64,000 bases of DNA from Podarcis filfolensis (lineage: Eukaryota). The number at the start of each line of letters is the position of its first letter. Positions within the stretch are counted from its first letter, which is position 1. The DNA lies in assembly GCA_964270895.1 (NCBI GenBank), contig OZ185443.1. One strand, written 5' to 3'. Position numbers and translations under genes: made by a program. Shown in pieces: positions 49,214 to 63,182 of this stretch. The notes under the pieces are model-generated. The model did no database searches. It was given only the letters and a program-made list of their open reading frames with translations, and had not been told where the DNA came from.

Positions 49214-50492
49214 AACACACATTTTAAACCTTTAGTCCTCTTGACCCTCAGCTGAAGTGAGGGTTCTGTCATGTGCAGAACTTCATTTAATAACACCTGT
49301 CATTTGCTCCCCTTCCTTGCATCTACCTCTTTTTCCCCAGATTTATCCCCATACAATCAAAACAAAGACATCAAAAATAGTACAAAATTCAGAATTTAAA
49401 AACTGCAAGCTAAAACATAAATACAGTAAATAAAAATGATAATTCAACAACACTTGATACCACTTTTTTTTTTAAAAAAAACAGAACTAAAGAAGACATT
49501 ATTGAGTCAGACCATCACCCAAATATGTTTTGTTAAGCAGAAAAGGAATGGCAAGTGAAATAATTGTTTTGATAAAGAATTTGATTGGTGAATAACATTG
49601 GGATTCCAGTTTCTGTGCTGGATTTAAGATCCTTTAAAAAGTAATTTATCTCTTGCAAGCTGCCCTGGGATCTTTAGATGAAAGGCAATATATAAATCAA
49701 ATAAATAACAAATATAAATATATAATTTTATTTAAAAAACAGCATTTGTAGACTGCACATTTTAATACACAAGAGGGACCTAAGGCTGTTGAGTTCTGTA
49801 ATCTCCATGTGATGGATCAAGGATAAACAAATGGTTAGAGAATGACAGTGATGGGAAATTGGCCAGATACTAAGTTCCAGAAGTGTGAAGCAAATAATAA
49901 AATAAAATAAATAAATAAAATAAAATAGCACCTTCTAAATAAACACTTACTACTGTAAATGGAAGACCTTGAGCCTTGAGCTGAATAGCATCTTACTTAG
50001 AATACAATGCATTTCCATCAGCAATCTTTGCTTTTAATTGTATGAGCGAATCCTGTGTGGGCTGCCCTCATTCTTCAGTTCAAAGGTGAGTTATTGAAAG
50101 CTTACCTTTGTGAACAAGAGGTGGGGAAAAATCACATTCTAGAAAGGGAATCAGTTTTTTAATTAAACTGTACAATCAAACTATATCCAGTATCAATAAT
50201 ATTCAGTAACAAACCCTATATACTCTATAGAAGTATTACAGTCAGAGCAGGTCGAGAGAGGTATTGCCCAGAAACAAGCACAGTGCAGAATGAATGCTTA
50301 CATAATTCAAAAGATAAACATGATACTGAAAACTATTTTGAAGTGATAGCCTGACACGGTTGAACTAGATTCCTACAGGACGTCAGGGGTGCCAATGCTC
50401 ACATTACTTCTTTCATTGGTGCCGGGGTAAATTTTGAAGTGTGGGAGTTTCTCATGATGGCAAGTGGGATTCACCAGAAGGGACTCCTGTCA

Positions 50493-50494
50493 TT

Positions 50495-50546
<52 letters not shown>

Positions 50547-50548
50547 TC
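50493..50548. repeat. (TTTC)14 microsatellite
   Basis: Read directly. Confidence 0.95.
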
Positions 50549-50606
50549 CTGCCAATGGCATTCATTGTGTACTTTCACTCATTGGACTTTTATCAAGATA
50601 TGAGTA

Positions 50607-50832
50607 CAGTGGTACCTCGGGTTAAGTACTTAATTCGTTCTGGAGGTCCGTTCTTAACCTGAAACTGTTCTTAACATGAAGCACTACCTTAGCTTAAGGG
50701 GCCTCCTGCTGCTGCTGTGCCGCCAGAGCACGATTTCTGTTCTCATCCTGAAGCAAAGTTCTTAACCTGAAGCACTATTTCTGGGTTAGCGGAGTGTGTA
50801 ACCTGAAGCGTATGTAACCCGAGGTACCACTG
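50607..50832 (-). mobile_element. MITE family A, copy 6 (reverse orientation)
   Basis: TA|CAGTGGTACCTCGGGTTAAG...CCCGAGGTACCACTG|TA. Confidence 0.92.
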
Positions 50833-51275
50833 TACCAGTATTTTATTTTATTACCTCTAAAAAAACCACACTTAAAACAGCCCCCCCAGCCTGTGCAGAG
50901 TGGAGAGTTCAGACAGGTACACTTGCCCCAGGCCTTGAAGGGTTAAGCTGCTTGTGGGGGCCCCACCAGGGACCAGATGCTTTTTTGTCCGAATTTATAA
51001 CTAATCAGACTCCCACCTCGGGCCTCAAACAAGCTCTGCAGGGGCCTGATGCCCCCACAGTCATCATCCCCATAAATACATTCTTCCTCCCCAACCGCCC
51101 CCACCCCCCGCAAAGCTGGTGGCCTAAATGTGTTTATTTGGGACTTACCTTTTACATAAAGATAATCAAATCTGAACTGCAAAGGTAGTAGTTACACTGA
51201 TGTCATATTCTTTTCTTTCTCTGGTGTGTGTAATTGTGTGTATGCATGTGCCTGTGCATGAGTGTGTGGGGTGGA

Positions 51276-51453
51276 GCTGTGTACACACTGCACCTATTTG
51301 AAGCACATTCTTACCGTCAAGGAATTCTGGGCATTGTAGTTTCCCCCTCAGAGTTACAAATCCTAGCAACCCTTAGAAAACTACAGTGCCCAGAATTCTT
51401 GGGGGGGGGGATGTGATTCGAATGTGCTTTAAAGTTATGCTTGTGTGCACTAT
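51276..51453. mobile_element. Palindromic Harbinger-like MITE
   Basis: Internal inverted repeat GAATTCTGGGCATTGTAGTTT / AAACTACAGTGCCCAGAATTC; termini GCTGTGTACACAC / GTGTGCACTA. Confidence 0.6.
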
Positions 51454-54400
51454 GGGGTGTGGGTGGGTGGGTGCCTGGGCTTATTTTCTATTTAACAGAC
51501 TTTCTGTGAAAACAGTAACTCCATATTAAATGAGAGAGTAATAGGGGATTGCATTGTGAAAAGGACAGCAGGTGGACTCTCTGCAAAACTTCGATGCATG
51601 AACAGTACCAAGTGCACAGTAAACTGCTTTGTGGAAGTGTCATACTTCTCAGATGCAGTTTTTCCCAAGCTGAGTTACTGAAAACTCTGCTGGTAGGGTC
51701 TGGAAAAGCAAATATGGGATTTGTTTATTTGTTTGTTTTCCTCACTTTCTTGTTTCCCTCTAGAGATTATTTTATTTCTATGTCTTTTTTTGTACTTGCT
51801 GTTAAATGTTATAATTGCGTCTGCAAAAATGGTTCCAGACTGAAAGAGCTCTACTCTTATTTTCCCCAAGCCTTGTTGTTAAGCTGGAATCTCTGCTTGC
51901 TCTCCTTGATTTGTATAGATAAGATAACCAGACATGCATTGTCCTATGCTGAGTTTCCGGCTTGACTTTTTCTTCCTCTGTCTCCACACTTTTTGAATTT
52001 GAGCAGGTAATCACAATAAACTTAAAAGCCCCTCACCCTGCAAGCAACAAGTACAGATGACATCATCTCTCCTGCTCTACAGATAGTGTCTGCACTCTGC
52101 CCCATTCTCTTTGAACTACATTTTTAGATGTCCACCTGGGATGCTTTAATCATAGTGTGTACTTAAAAATGTAAAATATTAATACATCAAACATGATTTT
52201 GTGAAAAAGTTTATCTCATGGGTATGATCAGTGAGCAATATTCAGCTCTCAGGTGTTCAGCCTTTTTGGGTTAGAAAGCACAAAGTTCTCAAACAGGTGT
52301 GAATATTTTTTTCAGTGACCTAGTTGCTAATAGAACCTTGCACAATCAAGACCCGGTTGAGCCTGGTTTACAGACTTTTGTTACATACATATTGAGATGT
52401 CAATACCTTCTTTGTGTGCATAGAGGTATCAGTGGGCTATCCTACAAAAAATACATTTTACTAGGACTCATTCATTATTTTGGATTATGTTTGTTCTGTT
52501 CAACCTGCCTTGAAGTTTATTAAGTCCTTCTGTGGAGTGCTTGTGGCTCCCATTTTCTTTGAGATCACAGAAGCATGTGTTTTTACTAAGTGATGCAAAA
52601 TGTATTTTGTGTGTCAATACTAAAGCTCAAGTATAAAGATACCATAAAAAGTCAGTAAAGCGTCATCAGTGGAATTGCACTGGCTCGCTCTTGCTCAGGG
52701 TGTAACCCTAAGCATGTCTTAGTTCACTGAAATCCACAATTCTTTGCTGGCCCAGAGGCAGTGATTTATAATAGCCAGAGCATCTTTCCCTGATGTTTGG
52801 GCTGCCCATAAATTTTGACTTTCGAGGCACGACAGTAGCACTTCAGTTATGTCTCTCTGTTCCTTAAATTGTTCCATTTGGCACATAGTTCGCCATAATT
52901 CTCGAGAACACATTACGGTTTCTTGTGACGCCATCAATCTTCTTTTAATTTTGGTCATTTATTGCCCTCTTGCTCTTGGTTCAAATTTTCTTCCTGGTTC
53001 TCACTTCTTTTCCTTCATCATCTCAGATTTGTGGTTAAGCTGTCTTTGTTTCTTGACCCCCAGTGATTAGTGCATTCAGATGGGTATCTCTAATGATTCA
53101 CTTACATGCTGCTGAAGGGATCTGTTACATGGGGCAGGTTTCATACGTCACCCTTTAAAGCTTTATCATTCAGTGGCCCTGCTTTTGCTCACACGACATT
53201 ATATTCTCCCCTTAAGTCTTGCATGATTTTCTTACTAACTTTCTTCTACACAGGTTATTATAAATAACAGTGTCCTTTATGTCAACTGCTTGATTCAGCT
53301 GCGTTTTCATAGCAAGTCAGGTTGGATAAATAACGTCAAGCTACAATGCTTCTGGGCTCTTCCATGCAGCAATCACACTGGAAGCTTATTCTTTCTACAT
53401 CTTGCCAAGTCTCAGTGCCGTATCCTGATTTCAAGTGAAGTGTAAAGGACCAAGCAAAGACATTCCTTGGGACATGTCTGGCTTGGTTGCTGCATCTTGT
53501 TAAGAGGATTCAGACTCCCCGAATCATGCATTAACATAAGAATTGCTTTTCCCCACATTATCATTAGATAAATGGCATAAGGCAAAAATAGACTATCAGA
53601 TATGGCTGCAGGAAAATAATTTGAATCATCCTGAGATTGGAGGCTATTTAATGGCTGCTTTTGCCTGGAACATTAACAGTGGCAGCTTATTTGAGGTCTG
53701 TAGCTTGTGCATCTGCCTGTACCATAATGCTCGGGGGGGCCTTAGAGTTTTAAGTAGTCAGTCACTGCACTCTAGAACATATTGGACTTTGGCCATGAAC
53801 TGCAACTCCTGGGCAGGGGCGTACAAAGTGGGGGGCGGAGGGGGTGGGCGCCCCAGGTGCCATTCTGGGGGGGTGACAAGATGGCCCCTGCCTCCCTCCA
53901 GCTGTAGAGTGGCCGATGGTGCGCATATTCCGTGCTTGAATGCATACTGAGGGACAAAATGAACTGCATCTGCTATTGCAGCTGATCAGTTGATGTAGGT
54001 AGTTCCATAGTTCTGTACTTCCCCCTCTGCCACCCCATTTCTAGACATATTAGCCACTGTTTGCAAAACCTTCAAGTAACCAAAAGTTGGATTTCCTTTT
54101 TGTGCTCAACAAAGAGGGCTGTGAAATCATTGGAAGGGCTGTTTTGCCTTGCCCTTATCTTAATTAAAAGACATGGAGGCATGCAGATATATAGTATGTG
54201 AGTATGCATTTATCTTCCAGTTACTTATTTTCTTATTATATATGTATTCCATAAAGCTCAGAGCAGTGTCTAGGACAGCCTTACAACACCTCTGTAAAGT
54301 AATTTAGGTTGGGAATAGTCGTTTGTAAAAGTACCTTACCTCTGTTCCTTCCACATTGAAACCTCCAGTTCTAGCCAACACACCATTCTGATTGTTTTGT

Positions 54401-57385
54401 TTGTGCACTAGAGATTACACACATATACCTGTGTATAAGCATGTGCTGCTTTAAAGTTATGTGCTAACATAACTTTGTTTATAGAGAAGGAGAGCATTAT
54501 GGCAGATGCTATCAGAACTCACTCACAGGAGTTCTCAGCCTTTGTCATCATGAGCTGCCTGAAAATATTGTTTGAGTCCTGAAGGTGCAGCTAAGCAATA
54601 CGAGACAGATGGCCCAGCTGGCAGTGCTTGTTCCTGTCCTAGGTCCAGAGCCAAACAGTTCAATGTAACTGTGAGAAAGGAAGGCCACGTAGCAGTCTGA
54701 AACCTGCAAAGTCCACTAAGGGAGAGCAAAAGCCTGGACACTTAAGAGGCAGCTACTTCGTTGGCCTTCAGCTTTTCCATTAAACAGTTCTCCAAACAAT
54801 ACACAACAGATCTTGAGTCACTGTTCTTGGGTGCTATGCTGGCTTTTTATTATTATTAATTCCTTTCTGTTTTTTGTGCATGAGCAAACTCAAGAAAACA
54901 TAAGGCTGTAAGAATCTATGTGGAACAGGTGAAGTCTCAATATTATTTGTTTAGGAGGGCATCAGCTGTAATCTCTTCATGCTGATTTATAAGGCCTTGA
55001 ATGGCATTCCACAATTGTGTTGATCTGATTTGATAACTTCCAACTGGTGTGTCTTAATGGGCCTATCTGCAGGACTGGATTCACTTTGCCACTCCTGGAG
55101 CCTTTTGCCATTCTTCTTCTACCTTGTGGGATTCTATTGCCAAGGTGATAAGCACGATCATGCTGTTGAAGCTTTAAAAAAGAAACTGAAGCATTTGGGT
55201 TCTCTGTGTTTCCCGCCCGCTTGACACTAGCAGTCACGCTTTCTCAGCTTCTGTTCTGTTACCACTGGTGTGACATGAAACAGCTATTACACCAAATGCT
55301 TTCTAGCAGCTTTTAATAGATTGCAATAGTGATTCTTACAGCACATGCCTATGCATGCTTACTCTGAAGTAAATCCCACTGTGTTCAGTGGGGGCTTGCT
55401 TCCAGGTAAGTGTCCATATAATTACATCCCAATCCTCCCCCCCCCCCGGCACCATATGCTAAGAATACATGTTCTTCTAAGTGATACCTTTGCACTACCT
55501 CCAGTCCAGTGTCGTTAGCAATGATACCCAGTTCCTCTTCTCTCACTCAAAGGCTGGAATTGCCCTTTTAAAATGCAGCTTGCCATTTGCAGTATTTGTA
55601 TTTAAAATAATATATTTTCAAAGCTCTGCTGGTGGATTAATGGGTGGGGCACCTTACAATAGGAAGGTTTTGAATCAACCTTGTAACTTTTTATTTTGCA
55701 GCTCTTTTAGTACTAAGCAAAACACATCTCTGCTTCAGTTTTCCCAAATAGTTACTCATCAGTTGTTCCTTTTTCCAAATAGGAGTGCATAGCAAGCTAT
55801 TTTATTTCTGACAAATTGTAAAATGACAAAGTTGCATTACGGTGCTTTGTTTACAAATATATGCCTGATAGCAGATGATTGCTTTGTGGATTGGTGCCCA
55901 AAAGAACCCCATTTTAAAGGTAGGAAAAAACACGTGGCTGCTTTTTTACCATGATTTCTTGTTTTTTTTAAATCCAAGCTGTATGTACTGAGAAGGAGCA
56001 GCAGTTGCTTAGAACTCTGGTTATTTATGATGGGAGGATCCACTTAACTCCTTTTCTTTGGAGCTTCTGAGCAAGGGTGTGAAATTGTGCTGCTGCAGAA
56101 AAAGATGTAGCCTGGGGCTGGTTGGCTTGTTGAGCTCATGCAGATGGGAGTGTCATATTACTAACATTGCAGGGGCATGTACTGAGCTGTCATCTGTAAA
56201 GAACGGCAGGGAAAAAAGCAGAGACTTATCTTGTTTTTAGTACAACATCCTGCTGCTAGATGTGTTGCCCGGTTGTTGTTGAAGTAAAAAACCAAAGATA
56301 CATAGCTTCAGGGATGGGAGAGAACCAAGGTGAAATATATATGTCTTCTCTCTCTCTCTCTTTTAAAGCTGGCAACGTTACCTTCTACTTTTCTTCTTGA
56401 TAGCTTAACACAATCTCATCTCACTTGGGAAACAACTGCCTCTGTGCCTGCCAAATGGTGCCACCAATAAAAAGGTTACATTCATGTTTCTCATGAATGT
56501 ACTGTACAGTGTTTCAGATAATGCAAGAAAATGTCCCAGGATAATTTCCAATTCAACACTTTGTGACGCTTTGTTTTTTAAAACCTGTGAGCTAGGTGTC
56601 ACGTCGAAGGGCAAAAGGCATTATTTGGTTATAGGAATTCACCTTTTTTTTTAAAAAAAAATGCTATTTTGGCACCCTCATATATCCAAGACAATGACTT
56701 ATGCAGGCATAGCGGGGTGCAAGGCATGCAGCCTGTGATCATCCACAACATCACCATGCTGCGGGATCCATGAATGCTGGCTTATGTTCCTAGTCAGCCA
56801 TCATTTGTGGTCATCACCAGTCTGCTCGCTTGCATCCTCTGTTATGCACAGGAGGCTTGGGAGAGACTCAGGGTCATACCTCATTTGTGCAAGATACAGT
56901 GGGGGTCTCTTGCTGCTTCAAAAGAATTCCTGCTATTTCTTACCTACTTGAAAAATGTGGGAATGGGGGTTTTGCAGAGCAGCAGTCTGTGTGCTGCCAG
57001 GTATCTTGCTTGCCAGAGCACTGGAAGCGTTTTGCAGCTTGGCCAGAAGCTTCATGGACGCCTGGCCAGGCTGCTTCCACAAGGCAGCTCATTTGCAGGC
57101 TGGCTTTTTAAAAGAAGCTTTTCTTTCTGGGAAAAGACCTTGGTGAGCAGAATACAATGTTGTCTTGCCTTGACTTAAAGATAAAAGAAGAAGAGAACTC
57201 TCAATTTTCCTGAGTCATTACTTTATCTTCACTTGCCAGCTCTTCTTTTACAGAGAGATGGGCTGGAATTGCTTATCCAAATTTAACGTTTCCCCATTGG
57301 GTAGCAATGACTGCAGGCTTCTAAATGAAGGCAAGACTCCAACTAGTCTAAATGATGCTAAAACTAGCCAGCTGGCCACAGTGTT

Positions 57386-57560
57386 CATAGGAACATAGAG
57401 AGCTGCTTCATTCCAAATCAGACCATTGGCCCATCTAGCTCAGCGTTGTTTACACTGACTGGCAGTGGTTCTCCAAGGTTTTGGCAGAAGTATTTCCACA
57501 ACTCCAGCCTTACCTGGAGATGCCAGGGATTGAGCCAGGGACCAGGCAGATGCTTGTCAT
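57386..57560 (-). mobile_element. tRNA-derived SINE with CR1-like tail (Squam2/Anolis SINE2-like)
   Basis: CATAGGAACATAG.GAGCTGC...CAGACCATTGGCCCATCTAGCTCAG...CTGACTGGCAG...CCTGGAGATGCCAGGGATTGAGCC; homologous to 58472-58670. Confidence 0.7.
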
Positions 57561-58373
57561 ACATACATGCATCACACACGTTGTCCTTTATGGTATTTGC
57601 TATAAGATGCTGTTGTCTCACACTCCTTGGATCCTGTCAAGTGAGAGGCGGGGCAAGGTCCTCTGTGGAAAGCAAGAATGGGTGCAGGTGGAGACCTCTT
57701 GTTCAGGCCAAATGGTTATTGCATACTTGTGTCCACATTTTCTGAACTACCACAAACCACACACTTACTTCTTGGGCTCCCACATAGTACAGACCACATG
57801 GCTTTGGCTCCATGTAAGTGTGGCCTCCTAAGTGAGTTAACCCTTGGAGGAAGTCTTTACAGCTTTCTTATAATTCAAACACTGTGCCTATTGTGGAAGG
57901 CATTGCTGAGCCTCAATAAAAGAGTTTCAGCAAGCACCACATCTCTCTGTCTTTAGAAAATTACAGGGTTTACTTTTCCTACTGAATATATAATTGCATA
58001 TGATTTATCTGAGGAAGTACTGTTTCCTCTCCTTCATAGTATGTCTATTGTATTTTTGAATGTGAGGAAAATCTAACAAAATACTTTCTCAAGGAGGGTT
58101 AAAAGGATAAAATAACACACCGTTGGTGGATTCTTACTTGGAGTGGGTGGAGAAGGACTTCCAGGTTACTAATAGCCAAGTAGAGTCTTCTTGGTTTAGC
58201 AAACATACTGAAAATAGTAGAAACATCTGTAGCATGATATCATCAATATATTTAATTGTGGTCAAATGAGAGTTAATAAAGAGGACTTATTGCTTACATG
58301 AGCAATGGCTTACATGTATAGTATAAGCTGAACCAGAAATAGCCTGGGCTACTGGTTTGTTTAGCCTTTAAGG

Positions 58374-58468
58374 CAAGGATAGGGAACTTGTGGTCCTTCA
58401 GATGTTCCTGAATCACAAGTCCCATCATCCCTGCCCATTGACCATGCTGGTTGAGGCTGATGGGAATC
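58374..58468 (+). mobile_element. Truncated hAT-type palindromic MITE
   Basis: CAAGGATAGGGAACTTGTGGTCCTTCAGATGTT...TCCCATCATCCCTG...GGCTGATGGGA. Confidence 0.5.
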
Positions 58469-58471
58469 TAG

Positions 58472-58670
58472 CATAGGGTGATAGAAAGCTGCCTTATACT
58501 GAGTCAGACCATTGGTCCATCTAGCACAATGTTATCTACGTTGACTTGCAGCAACTCTCAATAATTTCAGGCAGGGCCCTCTTTCAGCCATACCTGGAGG
58601 TGCTGGGGATTGAACTGAGACCCTTCTGCATAAAAAGCAGGTTCTCTGCTGATGAGCTATAACCCTTCCC
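58472..58670 (-). mobile_element. tRNA-derived SINE with CR1-like tail (Squam2/Anolis SINE2-like)
   Basis: Reverse complement GGGAAGGGTTATAGCTCATCAGCAGAGAACCTGC...TGCAGAAGGGTCTCAGTTCAATCCCCAGCACCTCCAGGTA...GCTAGATGGACCAATGGTCTGACTCAGTATAAGGCAGCTTTCTAT. Confidence 0.75.
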
Positions 58671-61600
58671 CTAACAATATCTGGAGTGTCACTGTCCCTA
58701 ATTTAAAGCCCTTGGCAGGTTAGGACCTGGATACTAGAAGGGACCCTTCAAGTATCCATGTTAACATGGTTTATAAAAGGCATCCATTAGGGAGCCAGTC
58801 ACTGGGACTGCTCATGATAAGGTGGCTTCTGCCAGTCCACTGACAAAGACGAGTGTAGATCTGGCTGTGGGTAGGTCTGGACCAGACTACCACTGTGTCC
58901 TTGTTCAACTTCTTTGTTGTTTTGTTTTGCTGTCCATATATAATCTCTTTTCCTAAAATGCCACCTCCTGTCACTTTTTTTAAAAAAATAGATTTACCAT
59001 AAAGGATGAGGGTGTACATTTCTGCTAAACCTGTATAGACATCTGAAGGAATATTGTGGAAAAGTTAGCGCCTTTTTTCACAAGGATCATGATAAGCTGC
59101 AGCATGCTGAAGAACAGCAGGTGCAAACAGATTCTAAGTCACCCCGTGTATTGGACTGTGTGGGGTTAACTGTTAGGTAAAGAGATTATTCGTTTGTGAG
59201 AACTAATGTGTAGATGAGGATGATGGTGTCATTTTGAAAGTTAGGTTTAGATGAGAGAATCTCTTTGTGATCGGGTTATTTTTTCCTAGTGCATTTCAGA
59301 GTTCGCCTTTCTCTGATAAAACAAAACAATCCAGAAAACAAGGGACTAAAATATAATGTGATAAGAGATATGGCTTGGAATGTAGCATTTGAAGTCTGAT
59401 GAACTTTCCATGTTGTTTCCTGGAGAGAAGCTGCTTTGGACAAGGAACATTGAAACAAACTGCTAGTGGTTTATGAAAACCGTTAGTAATAATTTTGTCC
59501 ACATCTTTTTCTCTTAATACATCTGTTCCTCTTGATTTTCTCTTTTTGGGCCAAGAGATTGTGCTTTTGCATGCTACGTTAAAATGTGCTCTACCAAGTT
59601 ACTTTCCGTCAGCTTTAAGGCCTCCTGTTATTAACAGTGAATTGTGCTGTGTCAAGGCTCCTGTCTCCGGGCATGTTAACTCAAGGTGCTGGACACCACA
59701 TCCCTCCCTGATGCCCCAGGAGATGCTGAATGCTTCTCGGAGCCGAGTTGTTTCTGTGCGGTAGAAGAGCAAATCTTTTAAACCACTCAGACGCTCACTG
59801 AACCAGGTGGTGTGGCTGTCTGCTTCTTCTGCTTGCTGTTGCTAAGTGAACAGCTCCATATCGCACACAAAGCTGAACCAATAGCATCCTGACCTCCCAA
59901 AGCTGTTAAAAGCTGAAGAAAGAGGAGCTGTCTGTTCTCTCCCCCCCCCATCCTTTTTGAGGGAGGTTGGTTAGGCAGGAGAGAGAAGATGGGTGCGGGA
60001 ACTCCTAATAGCCATTGATTCTTTGGAAATAGACAGCCTTTTCCCATGTGAAGAGGGGTGGATATACTGCTGCTTTGCATGTACAGAATAGAGGGAGGAG
60101 AACATTACTTCTCACATGTGCTCTCAATTCAATGTTCTGATTAAGACTGTCATATTGTTTCTTTGCTTTGCCATTGTTATAAGCTGGGTTTAGGGACCCT
60201 TCTTGACCAGATAAGCACTTGAGATAAGCACTTGATGTGTTCCCTGCATTTCCAAGCCACTACCCACCCCCAGCGTATATATTTAGTGCATGTGTATGTT
60301 CTTGATTATTCATATCCCCTCCCCACACACCTTTCATTGTGAAGGGTAAATGTCAGCACCACAATTCGTGAATTACAAAAATCTGTATGGAATTAGCTAT
60401 CTTACTGCAACATGTCTAGAAACAGCCAGGTTTATGAGGTAGTTAAAAATAAGGTTTGGTAAACTTTTCATTACAGTGTGTAATGTAAAAATCAAATGCT
60501 GTTTTATAAAGTGTGGCACTAACATACAGTAAAAAGCTGCTCATGTGTGGGCTATATTAGAACTCTTTGGCAGGTGTTCCAAGCTTCATATTCCTATAAA
60601 AGTTCTTTTTAACACCACGTAGAGATTAATAAATAGAAACAGAGATAAAATAAGGCAACGAAGGCCTTTAAACTTCAGCCTTTCTATGAACAAAAATAAA
60701 TCTTACCTTCCAAAACATAGCACCTTGTCATGCTCCCTTGACAGTCTCCACACCAGCAAAACAAAGCAGACAGTTCTGTCCACTTCTTACAATCAGATGT
60801 TTGCCTTGATGTCTTAGCTGCAAAAGTTGAATTTCTATCCAGAGGCCTTATGTATATGTCACACAAAGTAGTATATAAACCTCTGAAATCTTAAAATACC
60901 ACCTTATGGTGATTCCAGAAAACTATACCAATCACATAAGTTAAATGTTATCACTTGAGTTCATACTTCTGGAATTCACACTAGATCCATGCCCCTTCTA
61001 GTAAAAGAATTGTATTATTTCCACTTTCTCTTCTCCATATTAAATGTAATGTACAGCAATAGTCACACACCAATACATACAGACAGGATTTAGAAACTAA
61101 ACAGCTCACGTTCAGAAAACAAAAGATAATCAGGTCTCCCAAGCTCAATCTGCAACTTCTTCAGCTTTTCACTCAAATATATAAAGATAACTGGCTACAC
61201 TATAGTTAATAGCTATAACATTTAAGAGCTCAAACAATATATGTCATGCACCACACATGGGTGTGCAGTGTTGATTTCATATATGAAAAAATGTACTATA
61301 TGGTACAATCCTTTGATATAAAATCCATATAGTGATACTGTTTTGAATCTATTTCTGTTTAGGTCAATCCAGCAGCAACAACCTACTTGCACATGCTTAT
61401 CCAAGCAGCAGTTGTTGCATTATGAGGTATTGCACAGCCTATTTTGGATCTCTTGTTCTATACTAGATATAAAGCAGGGCTAACAGTTCTGTCTTTTGTT
61501 TGTGTGATGTTTATGACCACTGGCTAGAGACAAACATACTTCCTTTCTGTACCGCCAGGGCATTATTTTCTCTTACACTAATCTGATGTGTTCCCCTGTT

Positions 61601-63182
61601 CCCCTGTTGCATGTGTTTGCAAGCAGCCTGTCACCAAGCAATACTATGCACCCATGATGCCAGGCCATCACTGACCCAATACAACCCAGATTACAGCTGT
61701 GTAAGCAGGACACCGCCAAGTACAGTGCATATATTGCAAGAAAGCAAGCCAAGCCACAGACCACACGTCACAACATAAGTGATATACTCTTTACCTTCTG
61801 CAGCCTCTTGCTAGGATTGTTTTGCCCACCTGCAGTCCTAAACACACTTGCCAGTGCCATATACTTAGCTCCTGCAGTTTGGTGGGTCTCATTGTTACAA
61901 ATGAGGAACAAGGCCCAAGCAGAGAGAAAGAAGCTGACCTGCTGAACCTTTCCAGTGAGCACATAACTAAACAAAGGATTTCTGGGCTGTATGTCAAATA
62001 CTTAGTACTATGCAGGTCCTTGACTAGCTCCTTTCCACCAATTATTACTAGAGGAATCAATTGTATATTTAAATCTAGTATATGTCTACTAGTATATGTC
62101 ATACCCACCCATTTCCGCCCCCTGCCCCCGATGAAACTTTCCCAACCTGATGTCACTCTCAACATTTGCTACCATGACGATAGTGGCACGTCTGCCTTCA
62201 TATCAATACCAGTGGGTGAGAGATATGAGAGAGAGAAAATTTCCTGTTTGCTTTGGAAGACTATGAGCTTTCCCCCTTGCATTAAATAATATGAAACTTC
62301 CCCGTCAACATTTGGATCTTTGAGCCACTGCTTTTCTTTGCTAGACTCCAGCAAATGCACTAGAAATGTTGTATGGGGAGTGACTGTAGAAGCTGTCCAG
62401 AGATGTTAAGTTGAAGCCACTGGCAGGAGCTTGCACTGATCTCTCTGGAACCAATGCTTTTAACTGAATGGCTGAGTATATTGCAGAATATTCCTATAAA
62501 TGGATTTTTTTTTTTACCTTTTAGCTTTATTTTAATATCTTTCATGTGGAATTCACTGTGTGCTTAAATCTGTCTATCTCATCTCCTCTATTCTATGGTA
62601 TTTATAATGTGCCTATCACCATGGCATCTAAGCGCTTTTTAATACATTTCATCTGAAATTCATTGCATGTTTCAAATATAAGAGGGGCTGAATAAGAGGT
62701 GGGGTGGAGAAATGGAATAATATTTTTAAAGGACAGTTAGAGAAGAAAAATGGGTTTTAATCATCTGACTTGGTAGCATTCCTCCTACATCCCAATCTCA
62801 CTTGGAGACTTTATGCCAGTGAATGCATAGCATTCAGAGTGCAGCTGAATTTTGTCAGTTCACCCTCTGAACCGGGGCCTATTGATTACCCTGCCACTTC
62901 CAATCATCACTCCACTCACTAATCTCTTTTGCCTCACCTCTCTCCTCTAGCACAGATCACTCAGAGCCTGTCTCTGTATTAAGAAAATTGGACCGTATGT
63001 AATTCAATTAAGGTATCTTAAGGTGTTACAGGGAAATGATAGGAATTCCAAACTACGGCTAAAATGGTGCTCATCTGAATTTCAGGTAAAGCTCCCTATT
63101 TCAGGCAGCACAAGATGATTCAGGAAGCTTGGATATCTCCTAAGAGACATTCCTGGTTCAGATGAAGCCTTGTGCAACTCCG

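Noticed and set aside
53543-53950. 135-aa ORF with protein-like N-terminal half
   Set aside because: No recognisable homology; the 3' part runs into a GC-rich hAT MITE fragment; weak splice signals.
61822-62289. 155-aa plus-strand ORF
   Set aside because: No recognisable motif, overlapped by equally unremarkable antisense ORFs, no exon-like boundaries.
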